Assembly: GCA_016937865.1 (NCBI GenBank)
Contig: JAFGVS010000001.1
Coordinates: 1-47,558 of the forward strand
Reading direction: 5' to 3'
Length of the DNA: 47,558 nucleotides
Source of the DNA: Alphaproteobacteria bacterium
GTDB lineage: Bacteria; Pseudomonadota; Alphaproteobacteria; Rs-D84; NBLK01
The position numbers and the translations under genes are program-made. Positions 24,715-33,752 of this stretch are shown piece after piece. Position 1 is the first letter of the stretch, and each line of letters begins with the position of its first letter. The notes below the pieces were generated by a model. The model was not told the origin of the DNA, made no database searches, and saw nothing but the letters and a program-made list of their open reading frames with translations.

Positions 24715-27180
24715 TTAATAAACCTCTCCTAAATCCGCGTCATAATTTTGTACCGGCGTTGTCGTCTCATCTCCGTCTTCAACGTTTTGCTTTACCGGAG
24801 GCTGCGATACGCGTTGCATATCTTCCGCGGTTAAGGCTTCCCGTACAATATCCTCAGGAGGTGTTTTTTCCGTTGCCAAATAACCGGTATTTTTATCCAA
24901 ATTCATAAAGCCAATACCTTCAGGCACAGGGAAATCTTTCACAGGAACTTCATTTTTAATGGTGGTAAAAAATTCTTTGAAAACAGGCGCAGCCAATGTG
25001 CCGCCAGCATACCCTCTACCCAATGTGCGTGGTTGATCAAAGCCAAAGAAGACGCCAACGGCAAGATTTGGTAAAATACCAACAAACCAAGCATCTTTAT
25101 AATCATCCGACGTTCCGGTTTTTCCGGCAAGGTTATAACCTTCAATACGGGCCCGTGTCCCGGTTCCACGTTGGATAACGCCTTTGAGGATATTGACCAT
25201 TTGATAGGTCGTTGTTTGCGGGAAAATAATTTCATCCTGATGTGCTATTTGTGGCGGCAACATGTTCGGAGAAAATTTTTCGACATGACAATCTTCACAT
25301 TTTTCATCTTTGGCATAAACAAGTTTGCCATCCCGGTCGTGTACTTTTTCAACCATGTATGGTGTAATTTTACGTCCACCGTTGGCAATCATAGCATAAG
25401 CGTTTGTTAGTCTTATCAAAGTCGTTTCGCCCGTTCCAAGTGCCAGGGATAAACCTTTGTCAGTTAACTTTTCATCTTCGTCGTATAAGCCAAATTTTTT
25501 CAGGGTATCTGCAATGGGTTGAACACCAATGGCATCAGCAATTCGAACGGTTGGGGCATTTCGAGAAAGCTCTAAACACCGGCGCAAAGGGAGTTCCCCT
25601 TTGAAATTTTGTTCATAGTTTTCCGGTTTCCAAAGACCCTCTGTGTCGGTCCGCTCCATTACAACAGGGGCATCCAAGATTCGTGTAAACGGGCTATAAT
25701 CTGGACGTTCAAGTGCCGTCATATAAACAAAAGGTTTAATGGTCGATCCGATTTGGCGCAAGGCCTGTGTCGCACGGTTAAACGGACTTTGCTCAAAAGA
25801 AAATCCACCAACAAGCGCATAAACTTCGCCGGTTTGCGGGTTCAATACAATCATGCCAGCTTCGACGTTCGGCTGTTGATGCAAAGTAAGATCGCCTGTT
25901 TCGGTTTCTTCAACCAAAATAATATCGCCTTGTTTTAAAACATCCGAAGGGGCCGTAACCTTTGGTCCCAACGTTTGATTGGTTGGAAGATTTTGACGTG
26001 CCCAAGCCAAGTTAGATAAAGGCAGAGCCGCAATTTTTTGATCAGGTAATCCAATCATCGCTTTTTCTGCGTCCATGGAAAGAGCAATCCCAAGGCGCCA
26101 TCCTTGCGGCATCCCAAGCGGGCGATCATATTGCATGAGCTGTTTGTGCCAATCTTCTTTGAGATTAACATGAGTCACAGGTCCGCGCCATCCATGATCT
26201 TTATCATATTGCAGGACTCCATTGCGCACCGCCATCAAAGCCGCGCGTTGAAAGGTGGGTTTCATAGTAGTGTGAACGGCCAAGCCTTCTTGATAAAGGA
26301 CTTCTTCGGGAAACCGTTCAGATAAGAATTTGCGCACCTCTTCAGAATAGTATTGTGCGTATTGAGAAAGATTGTTTTTAAATTTATCACTAACTTTAAT
26401 AGGGGTTTCCTGTGCGGCTTTCATCTCTTCTTTGGTAATAAAGCCTTCAATTTCCATACGGGACAAGACCCAGTTTCGGCGTCCCAAAGCTTTTTCGTAC
26501 CGGGTAATGGGATTGTAATTATTCGGCGCTTTTGGCAGAGCGGCTAAAAAAGCCATTTCGGACAACGTGAGGGCGTCTAAAGATTTATCGAAATAACTCT
26601 GCGAAGCCGCGGCAACGCCATAAGCATGGTAGCCTAAATAAATCTTATTTAAATAAAGCATCATAATATGTTCTTTGGAAAAAGAGCGTTCTAAACGAAG
26701 CGCCAAAATAACTTCTTTTATTTTTCGTGCAAAAGAACGTTCAGAAGAAAGGAAAAAGTTTCGGGCAACTTGTTGTGTAATCGTAGAGGCACCACCGGTA
26801 CGTCCATCAGATCCAGAAAGCTTCATACCAATATTCGTAATCAAAGCCCGGGCGACACCAAATAAATCGATTCCATGGTGTGTCCAAAAGTTTTGATCTT
26901 CGGCGGCAATAAACGATTCAATGAGTTGCTTCGGTAAATCTTTGTATTCGACATAAAGACGTTTTTCAACCGCATATTCGGTTAATAAATCGCCATTGCC
27001 AGCGTAAAAACGACTGGAAACAGAGGGGCGGTACGTCGACAGTTTTTCATAATTTGGCAGGTCTGATCCGAACCAGAAAAAAACGAATGTAGTGAATGCG
27101 AGTGTGAAAATAGAGCCATAAAAAAAAGCATAGGCCAGAAATTTTAAAAATTTATGTTTACGGGGTGTGGTGGTGATCAT
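24715..27180 (-). CDS. mrcA: Penicillin-binding protein 1A (bifunctional transglycosylase/transpeptidase)
   Basis: N-terminal TM. GT51 motifs EDQNFWTHHGID and GASTITQQ. Transpeptidase motifs STIKPF and KTGT. Confidence 0.93.
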   Translation of the reverse strand: MITTTPRKHKFLKFLAYAFFYGSIFTLAFTTFVFFWFGSDLPNYEKLSTYRPSVSSRFYAGNGDLLTEYAVEKRLYVEYKDLPKQLIESFIAAEDQNFWTHHGIDLFGVARALITNIGMKLSGSDGRTGGASTITQQVARNFFLSSERSFARKIKEVILALRLERSFSKEHIMMLYLNKIYLGYHAYGVAAASQSYFDKSLDALTLSEMAFLAALPKAPNNYNPITRYEKALGRRNWVLSRMEIEGFITKEEMKAAQETPIKVSDKFKNNLSQYAQYYSEEVRKFLSERFPEEVLYQEGLAVHTTMKPTFQRAALMAVRNGVLQYDKDHGWRGPVTHVNLKEDWHKQLMQYDRPLGMPQGWRLGIALSMDAEKAMIGLPDQKIAALPLSNLAWARQNLPTNQTLGPKVTAPSDVLKQGDIILVEETETGDLTLHQQPNVEAGMIVLNPQTGEVYALVGGFSFEQSPFNRATQALRQIGSTIKPFVYMTALERPDYSPFTRILDAPVVMERTDTEGLWKPENYEQNFKGELPLRRCLELSRNAPTVRIADAIGVQPIADTLKKFGLYDEDEKLTDKGLSLALGTGETTLIRLTNAYAMIANGGRKITPYMVEKVHDRDGKLVYAKDEKCEDCHVEKFSPNMLPPQIAHQDEIIFPQTTTYQMVNILKGVIQRGTGTRARIEGYNLAGKTGTSDDYKDAWFVGILPNLAVGVFFGFDQPRTLGRGYAGGTLAAPVFKEFFTTIKNEVPVKDFPVPEGIGFMNLDKNTGYLATEKTPPEDIVREALTAEDMQRVSQPPVKQNVEDGDETTTPVQNYDADLGEVY

Positions 27181-27317
27181 AAAGAATCCTTCTGTTTGTC
27201 ATCGCCGAGTCTAGGCGGGTTTTCTGTAAAAATCAAGAAGATTGACGGTCTTCTTTTAGTTGGACTCGGATAAATAAAAATGGTAAGGTTCCCAGATAAA
27301 AAAGAGAGAAAATAAAA

Positions 27318-27851
27318 ATGAACCTATGTAAAACAGCATTATTTGTAATTATGGCAATCTTCAGCAGCACAAGCACCTTCGCCGCAACGGGGAGTGGAGA
27401 GGCAAAGGCACAACTCACAAATCCTTTGTCCATTGAACAAACAGCATATATCGTAGACTTTGGAACTGTCGCGATTGACCCCTCTGCGGGCACACAAACA
27501 GTAAGCATAACAGCGAGCTCTACACCTGTTCGAACCTGTCCGCCCAGTTATGTGTGCAGTGGGGGGCCTATTAGAGCTGGGAATTTTTTAATTAAAGGAT
27601 TGAAATATACCCCTGTGTATCTAGACATATCGGGGTCAACCGCAATACTAAGTGATGGAGCTGGAAATACATTGGTCTTTGACCCAGATTTCCTTGGACC
27701 GTCAGACACACGCGCGACTTCGTTGGATGGGGCCGGGCGCAAATATGAAAACATAGGCGGTTCTATTACGTTTACCGGGAGCGAGCCTGCTGGAACCTAT
27801 TCATCAAGTAATGCGGGTGGAACAGGATATCAAGTAAATGTGGTCTACTAA
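27318..27851 (+). CDS. Secreted DUF4402-like putative fimbrial subunit 1
   Basis: Signal peptide ..SSTSTFA|ATGSGEAKAQL. DFGTVAIDP, CPPSYVCSGG, LSDGAGN and the C-terminal [21 protein letters not shown]. Confidence 0.8.
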   Translation: MNLCKTALFVIMAIFSSTSTFAATGSGEAKAQLTNPLSIEQTAYIVDFGTVAIDPSAGTQTVSITASSTPVRTCPPSYVCSGGPIRAGNFLIKGLKYTPVYLDISGSTAILSDGAGNTLVFDPDFLGPSDTRATSLDGAGRKYENIGGSITFTGSEPAGTYSSSNAGGTGYQVNVVY

Positions 27852-27864
27852 AAAAGGAAAAGAA

Positions 27865-28365
27865 ATGAAAAAAGTATTTTTTGTATTAACGTTATTATTT
27901 ACATCAAACGCCTTTGCGGCAACAGGATCCGGACATGCACAAACGGAATTAGAAACGCCGCTTAAGGTAACGAGTCTTGCGGATGTTACTTTCCAAACGA
28001 TTGCGATTGACCCATCTGCGGGTCCCCAAGTGTTAACAATGGAAGAATGCCCAGCGACTTATGTGTGCACAGGCCCAAAACTATATGGTTTTTTAGATAT
28101 AAGGGGGGCGCCAAGTACGGTCGTACATGCATCATTAACGGGATCAACCGCAACTCTAAGTGATGGTGCAGGAAATACGATTACATTTGATCCTTTTTTC
28201 AGAGGAGCGCCAAGATATGAAACCCTGAATACAGCACTTAGTGCAGGTGGTGCGTTATCATTAAATGTCGATGGTTTGCTGTATCTAACAGGAAATGAGC
28301 CCGCGGGAACATATTCATCTAAAAACGCCGGTGGATCAGGGTATCAAATCACGGTTAATTACTAA
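27865..28365 (+). CDS. Secreted DUF4402-like putative fimbrial subunit 2
   Basis: Start at the ATG at 27865 (AAAGGAAAAGAAATG). Signal peptide MKKVFFVLTLLFTSNAFA|[27 protein letters not shown] and PAGTYSSKNAGGSGYQITVNY. Confidence 0.8.
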   Translation: MKKVFFVLTLLFTSNAFAATGSGHAQTELETPLKVTSLADVTFQTIAIDPSAGPQVLTMEECPATYVCTGPKLYGFLDIRGAPSTVVHASLTGSTATLSDGAGNTITFDPFFRGAPRYETLNTALSAGGALSLNVDGLLYLTGNEPAGTYSSKNAGGSGYQITVNY

Positions 28366-28375
28366 GGAGAGGGCG

Positions 28376-28873
28376 GTGAAGAAATTATTTTTTATATTCA
28401 CACTATTGGTCTCATCAAATAGTTTTGCGGCAACCGGATCTGGCCATGCCCAGGCAGAGCTCTCAACGCCTTTAAGTATTTCAAATAGTGTACAATTAAA
28501 TTTTGGAACAATTGCGATTGATCCTGGTTCTGGTGGACAAGTGCTTTGGATTGGCATTTCGGATAATATTGCATGTCCTGCAACATATGTTTGTACAGGA
28601 AGTCCGCAAACAGGTCATTTAATTATACAAGGGGCTCCAAGTAGTTTAGTAAATGTAAGTGTGGTATCAAATGCTGTTCTTTCAGATGGCAACGGGAATA
28701 CATTAATTTTTGTGCCAAATATTGGTGGAGGAACAGAAAAAACATTATCAGAAAGTGGTTCATTAGATATCGCCTATAATGGGACAATCAGCTTTACAGG
28801 AAGTGAAGTAATTGGAACATATTCTTCATCTAATGCAGGCGGATCAGGGTTTCAAGTTACCGCAATCTATTAA
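28376..28873 (+). CDS. Secreted DUF4402-like putative fimbrial subunit 3
   Basis: GTG start at 28376, 6 nt after AAGGAG. Signal peptide [18 protein letters not shown]|[36 protein letters not shown] and [19 protein letters not shown]. Confidence 0.75.
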   Translation: MKKLFFIFTLLVSSNSFAATGSGHAQAELSTPLSISNSVQLNFGTIAIDPGSGGQVLWIGISDNIACPATYVCTGSPQTGHLIIQGAPSSLVNVSVVSNAVLSDGNGNTLIFVPNIGGGTEKTLSESGSLDIAYNGTISFTGSEVIGTYSSSNAGGSGFQVTAIY

Positions 28874-30072
28874 AGATTCACTTCGCCATCATGGAAGATT
28901 AAACTGGTCGGGGTTTGCGCTTTGGCTTTCGCGGCGGATGAAACAACCCCGTCTTTATTTTTTGCAATCGCAAAACCACGTTTTAAAACTTTCTTAAACG
29001 AATAGCTTTCAAGCAATTGACCAAAGTGATTTAGGTTTTGATCGGATTTTTCTAAACGATATTGCATTTTTTCAACCAGACGATTGCTGGTGTCATCGAC
29101 ACGACGAATTTGATCTTCGACCAGCGCCATCGGGGTACGGATTTTGCCGACCTTGGCGTCAAAGCCCAACTTCTTAACTTTCAAAATATTCACCAAATTG
29201 CGCCACAAGACTTTGCGTTTTAGGTCAATGCTTTCAATTAAATCAGTCCGCACAGGCACAGCTTTTTCCGCGGCTCCTGTTGGCGTCGGTGCACGTAAAT
29301 CAGAAACATAATCAATCAAAGTGGTGTCTGTTTCATGGCCGACGGCGGAAATTACGGGGATTTTAGATCGGGCCACGGCGCGCACAACACTTTCTTCGTT
29401 GAATGGCATTAAATCTTGGAGCGATCCACCCCCACGTGCCACAATCAACACATCCGGACGTTGATCTTCGGGCAAAGCATTTAATCCATCAATCCCGGCG
29501 GTGATAAATTTTTCGGCCCCATCGCCTTGAACAGCACACGGCCACACAATCACTTCGACGGGGAAACGATCGGATAAACGATGTAATATGTCGCGAATAA
29601 CGGAGCCAGTCTCAGAAGTCACAACCCCAATTCGTTTCGGTAAAAAAGGAATCCGTTGTTTGCGATCTTCATCGAACAAGCCTTCGGCCGCGAGTTTTTT
29701 TCGGCGTTCTTCGATTTGTTTAAGCAGGAGTCCTTCGCCTTCCACTTCAATCTCTTCAATCGTGATATTATAACTAGAGCGTGCAGAATAGGTCGTGATT
29801 TTACCCGTTACGACAACTTCCATCCCGTTTTCCGGGACAATAGAAAGTTTCGTCCATTTCCAAACAATCCCATTTAAAATAAAATCACGTCCGCCAACTC
29901 TTTCTTTCAGATCTAAATAAATGTGTCCGCTACTGTGTTTTTTACATCCCGCGATTTCGCCTTTGACACGGATACGACTAAAGGCCGTTTCAACAACATT
30001 TTTCAACAGGTCGGAAACAAAGCTAACCGATACGATTTCTTTGATACTTAAAACAGGTTCTGGTCTTTGCAT
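28870..30072 (-). CDS. xseA: Exodeoxyribonuclease VII large subunit
   Basis: N-terminal OB fold ([22 protein letters not shown]). Catalytic core ([35 protein letters not shown]). Confidence 0.93.
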   Translation of the reverse strand: MQRPEPVLSIKEIVSVSFVSDLLKNVVETAFSRIRVKGEIAGCKKHSSGHIYLDLKERVGGRDFILNGIVWKWTKLSIVPENGMEVVVTGKITTYSARSSYNITIEEIEVEGEGLLLKQIEERRKKLAAEGLFDEDRKQRIPFLPKRIGVVTSETGSVIRDILHRLSDRFPVEVIVWPCAVQGDGAEKFITAGIDGLNALPEDQRPDVLIVARGGGSLQDLMPFNEESVVRAVARSKIPVISAVGHETDTTLIDYVSDLRAPTPTGAAEKAVPVRTDLIESIDLKRKVLWRNLVNILKVKKLGFDAKVGKIRTPMALVEDQIRRVDDTSNRLVEKMQYRLEKSDQNLNHFGQLLESYSFKKVLKRGFAIAKNKDGVVSSAAKAKAQTPTSLIFHDGEVNL

Positions 30073-31071
30073 TTATTTCACGTCCTCTAAGTTTTTACGC
30101 GGATAAGGGGCAACATCCAATGAACTGGTTTTGCCCAAACGAAAGCGCTCATAACCGGCCCATGCAATCATTACGCCATTATCAACACACAACGCTGGGT
30201 CTGGCACAAAAAATGGAACATTGTTTTCAGCGCAGATATTTTTTAATGTTGCACGCAGAGCCGTATTCCGTGCGACACCACCGGCAAAGGAAAGACCATG
30301 AATTTGGGGAACTAATTTCAAGACAACTTTTGTCCGATCGGCAACTGTGTCACAAACCGCTTCCTGAAAAGAGGCACATAAGTCTTCCTTGGTATAAGGC
30401 TGGGTTTTTTCTTTTACAATGCGACGCACCGCAGACTTTAATCCAGAAAAAGAAAAATTGGGTTCCGGCGTGCCTTTTAAAGGGCGTGGCAAATCAATAG
30501 TTGCCCTTCCTTTCTTGGCAAGGTTATCAACGTATGGACCTCCAGGATAAGGTAAATCCAAAAGCTTTGCGGTCTTATCAAAGGCTTCCCCAAGGGCATC
30601 ATCAAGGCTGGTTCCAATAATTTTATAATCGCCAATTCCATTGATCAAAACAAATTGGGTGTGTCCACCGGAAGCTAGAAAAACAAGATGGGGAAAAGGA
30701 ATTTCATCCATGATACGTGGAATAAGGGCGTGAGCCTCTAAATGATTAACGGCAACAAAAGGTTTATCTAGGGCGAAGGCCAAAGCTTTGGCATAAGTTA
30801 AACCAACGGCAACACCGCCAATCAACCCCGGTCCTTGTCCTGCAGAAATAACATCAATATGTTTGAGTTTTAATTTCGCTTCTTTTAAACATTCCGCAAC
30901 AAGAGGATCTACTTTTTCAGCATGCGCACGTGCCGCGATTTCTGGAACGACGCCACCATAAAGAGCATGAGTATCAATTTGTGAAAATATTTTATGTGAC
31001 AAGATGGTGCGACCTTTAATGATCGCAACGGCTGTTTCATCACACGAACTTTCAATACCAAGAATTATCAT
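30073..31071 (-). CDS. tsaD: tRNA N6-adenosine threonylcarbamoyltransferase TsaD
   Basis: Start at the ATG at 31071 (MIILGIESSCDETAVAI). HLEAH metal motif. Its stop codon directly abuts the xseA start codon, with no spacer. Confidence 0.93.
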   Translation of the reverse strand: MIILGIESSCDETAVAIIKGRTILSHKIFSQIDTHALYGGVVPEIAARAHAEKVDPLVAECLKEAKLKLKHIDVISAGQGPGLIGGVAVGLTYAKALAFALDKPFVAVNHLEAHALIPRIMDEIPFPHLVFLASGGHTQFVLINGIGDYKIIGTSLDDALGEAFDKTAKLLDLPYPGGPYVDNLAKKGRATIDLPRPLKGTPEPNFSFSGLKSAVRRIVKEKTQPYTKEDLCASFQEAVCDTVADRTKVVLKLVPQIHGLSFAGGVARNTALRATLKNICAENNVPFFVPDPALCVDNGVMIAWAGYERFRLGKTSSLDVAPYPRKNLEDVK

Positions 31072-31149
31072 AGGAATAAGCCTATAAAGATGACAAACAA
31101 TAAGCAATAGAAATAATTCAAGGAAAGGGTTTTTTTTTTATTAATTTTA

Positions 31150-31158
31150 TGATATACT
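31150..31158 (+). promoter_or_regulatory. Extended -10 element (TGaTATACT) upstream of the 828-aa gene
   Basis: TGATATACT matches TGnTATAAT with one mismatch and lies 34 nt upstream of the ATG at 31192. No good -35 was seen. Confidence 0.35.
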
Positions 31159-31191
31159 ACCCTGTGAGAAGAAATCATTTCGGAGGAAATT

Positions 31192-33678
31192 ATGAAAAAA
31201 ATATTTATTTTATGCAGTGCTTTTGCCGTTTTGTTTATGTTGGCAAGCAGCGTGGATGCACAAACAAGACGATCAGCTCGATCTGCTCGGTCTGCGAGAT
31301 CTGCAGCAACACAAGATGATGTCAATGGGACACAGGTGAGAAGACGTAGAACGCCACAATCAGCTCGATCCCGTAGAACGGCACAATCGGCTCGATCCCA
31401 ATCAGCAGTAGAAACAGAAAACGGTGCCGTAGTACGTTCAGGACGTCAAAGTGGCCGTGTTGGACGAACTGCAATTATCGGAACACCATCATCTTCCGCG
31501 CTTGTGCCAACAGAGGAAGCAGTCTCCTCCGCTGTCACTTCAGAAGAAGTTAAAAAAGAATACGCGGTTGATCTAGAGGCATTAGAAACAGGGGCAAATT
31601 CTGTTAAAGTGTGCCAGTCAAAAATGCTGGACTGTGTTAAAGGTATGCTACCAGAAGAAACGAAAAAATCAGTTGGATTAGGTCTTTGTTACCTATCTGC
31701 AAAACGGTATGGGTTTGAAAACAAAGAAAAAGCATTACGCGATGTTGAAAGAAAACTATTTTCGATAATGGGAAATGCCGGGTTTGCAAAATTAAGTCCA
31801 CAAGAACAAGCGATTTATAAAGGCTTAGATTTGCAGTTCGAATCAGAAAAAAAAGACAATACAAATGGTGATTTTGAAGAAGAAGAAGATTCAATTACAT
31901 CTATGATGGCTGAAATGGATAAACAGATGGCCTCAATTGATGCGGTTGCGGATTATAATGGACGTGAAGCAACACCGAAAGAATTATTCAGCGAAGCCTT
32001 TACATCATGTAAAGCCGTTGTTGATACCTGTGAATCTGTATTGGGCGAAGACTCTTTGCAAAAATTTATTAGAGCGAAATCAGATTTTGCCTGTGGAACA
32101 TACGATAACGCATTACAAGATAAATACAGAAAACAAACATTAATGCTAACGCAAGTAGAAGCGAAGATGAAGGGCGATTATTTAAAAACACGTCGAAAAG
32201 AAATGCTCAGCATGCAAGAAGGGTTCCTTAAAATTGAAGAACAATTGGAAGGATCCATTTGTGGAAAAGGACTACAAGACTGTTTGTATTGTGGTGAAAA
32301 TCAAACGAACGAAGAGGCTTGTTCTATTGACTTAGTGAATAAACTTGAAAGTCAAAAACCCGTTGTTCAAGATCTTTTAGATCAAATTAGTTACGGAGAC
32401 GCTGAACGCGGCGAAACAATCTGGCGTGCGTTTATTCAAAACAAAAAAACGACGATAGACCGATTTGCACGTATGGCAAACTACAGTGCAAAAGAACAGG
32501 CTGTGCGTGGATTGGAAGACGTAACAAAACAATATCGCAAAGAATTTACGAAATGTTTGAACGACGTATGTGGAGACGATCAAATTGCCTGTGCAGACGT
32601 AGATGCAATCAAAGCAGGATTTGATGGATTGCAACGTTCAAAACCAATTACGTATACAATCACAAACACAGAAGGGGAAATTGAAACAAGAACAATGCCT
32701 TTGTCAGAATTTTCATTCGATAAGCTTGTAAATGTGACAGTTGATTTCTCAAAAGCGAATTCAGCATGTCGTGATCGCATTGATTTGTTTGCGAACGAAC
32801 TTCGATTGTTGCAATCAAATCCGAATGTAGATAAATCATTATTGCCTTGGTTTAATGCGGAAGAATATGACGCAGCAAACCCAGAAGAATGGGATGAAAG
32901 TGTAATTCGTAAGTTAACACAATATGCAGACAGTATGTTCCGGAAAACATATGCAGCTGTAAATGCCAAAGCAACACAAAACTTGGATGCAAACAAGTCT
33001 CAATTGTTAGACAACCAATTGGCGTTCTTAGCCAAGCGTGTAGAAGGCTATGAATCGAGCCGTGCGGCGGAACTTCGGATCAGTAATGCAGATAAGGAAA
33101 CAGCGATTGCAATGCGTGAAAAAGATACAGAGGTCTATGAGCGTGATCGTGGAATGGAGGTCGCCCGGGACACAATGGATAAAGAAGTCGCTGTGACTAA
33201 AAATTTAAATGCGGCAGAAATTGATACTTCTGAAGCAACGCTTGAAAAAACCAAAAATTTAAATATAGCAGAAATTGATACTTCTGAAGCAACGCTTGCG
33301 AAAACAAAATCTACAAACCTCGCAGAAAAAGATACTGCTGCTGTTGAAGCAGAAAAAACCTTAAAAGAAAATAAAGACACAAGAAGAGAGCTTGAATTGG
33401 TTGAAATTTGTTATAAGCAGGATATTTCAAGAAAGAAAAGCTGGCGTAAATATGTGAACTATTCATGGAGCGAACCTGTGTGTAAGAAGTTTAAACCTGG
33501 AACAAAAGGGAAATGTATTCCGCAAAACTTCGGTGTGATAAACACAGGTCTTCACAGTATCAGAGCAACCTCCTGTACGACAGCAAACGGCGAAGCCCTT
33601 GCAAGAGAGGCTGATGGAAGCTATGTCGTTCCAGGTGGCGAGGAAAGAGAAGCATCAACAACAACAAGATCAAATTAG
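31192..33678 (+). CDS. Secreted Cys-rich repeat protein of unknown function
   Basis: Signal peptide MKKIFILCSAFAVLFMLASSVDA|Q. Arg/Ser-rich repeat region (RSARSARSARSA, TPQSARSRR/TAQSARSQS). About 20 Cys in the body. 18-aa tandem repeats near the C-terminus. RBS GGAGGAAATTATG, with a terminator downstream. Confidence 0.75.
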   Translation: MKKIFILCSAFAVLFMLASSVDAQTRRSARSARSARSAATQDDVNGTQVRRRRTPQSARSRRTAQSARSQSAVETENGAVVRSGRQSGRVGRTAIIGTPSSSALVPTEEAVSSAVTSEEVKKEYAVDLEALETGANSVKVCQSKMLDCVKGMLPEETKKSVGLGLCYLSAKRYGFENKEKALRDVERKLFSIMGNAGFAKLSPQEQAIYKGLDLQFESEKKDNTNGDFEEEEDSITSMMAEMDKQMASIDAVADYNGREATPKELFSEAFTSCKAVVDTCESVLGEDSLQKFIRAKSDFACGTYDNALQDKYRKQTLMLTQVEAKMKGDYLKTRRKEMLSMQEGFLKIEEQLEGSICGKGLQDCLYCGENQTNEEACSIDLVNKLESQKPVVQDLLDQISYGDAERGETIWRAFIQNKKTTIDRFARMANYSAKEQAVRGLEDVTKQYRKEFTKCLNDVCGDDQIACADVDAIKAGFDGLQRSKPITYTITNTEGEIETRTMPLSEFSFDKLVNVTVDFSKANSACRDRIDLFANELRLLQSNPNVDKSLLPWFNAEEYDAANPEEWDESVIRKLTQYADSMFRKTYAAVNAKATQNLDANKSQLLDNQLAFLAKRVEGYESSRAAELRISNADKETAIAMREKDTEVYERDRGMEVARDTMDKEVAVTKNLNAAEIDTSEATLEKTKNLNIAEIDTSEATLAKTKSTNLAEKDTAAVEAEKTLKENKDTRRELELVEICYKQDISRKKSWRKYVNYSWSEPVCKKFKPGTKGKCIPQNFGVINTGLHSIRATSCTTANGEALAREADGSYVVPGGEEREASTTTRSN
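31267..31404 (+). repeat. Coding Arg-Ser-Ala micro-repeats (9-bp SAR units; 27-bp TxQSARSxx units)
   Basis: cga tca gct / cga tct gct / cgg tct gcg / aga tct gca (31270-31305). acgccacaatcagctcgatcc (31351) versus acggcacaatcggctcgatcc (31378). Confidence 0.8.
33199..33360 (+). repeat. 54-bp (18-aa) tandem coding repeat: two near-identical copies plus one degenerate copy
   Basis: aaaaatttaaatGCGgcagaaattgatacttctgaagcaacgcttg at 33199 recurs at 33253 with a few substitutions (KNLNAAEIDTSEATLEKT / KNLNIAEIDTSEATLAKT / KSTNLAEKDTAAVEAEKT). Confidence 0.8.
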
Positions 33679-33691
33679 AAAAATAAAAAAG

Positions 33692-33715
33692 AAAGAGCCT
33701 TCGGGCTCTTTTTTC
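33692..33715 (+). terminator. Rho-independent terminator after the 828-aa gene
   Basis: Stem AGAGCC (33694-33699) / GGCTCT (33704-33709) with loop TTCG, followed by TTTTTT. Confidence 0.7.
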
Positions 33716-33752
33716 ATTGCCTTTATTTGCGGTCTTGACATAGTCTTGAAAG

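Noticed and set aside
27235-27255. Hairpin AAGAAGA-ttgacgg-TCTTCTT in the divergent mrcA / fimbrial-subunit promoter region
   Set aside because: The stem is short (7 bp) and AT-rich. It lies upstream of both flanking genes, so it is not a terminator. It might be an operator, but nothing further supports that.
31068-31325. 85-aa minus-strand ORF containing ADRADRADR
   Set aside because: It is the antisense reading of the SAR coding repeat and overlaps the tsaD start and the promoter region. It has no RBS, so it is a shadow ORF.
32580-32996. Long antisense ORFs inside large genes (for example 32580..32996, 35116..35532, 21473..21859, 1379..1744, 40115..40504)
   Set aside because: All lie entirely within strongly supported genes on the other strand and show no recognisable motifs. 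They are typical shadow ORFs.
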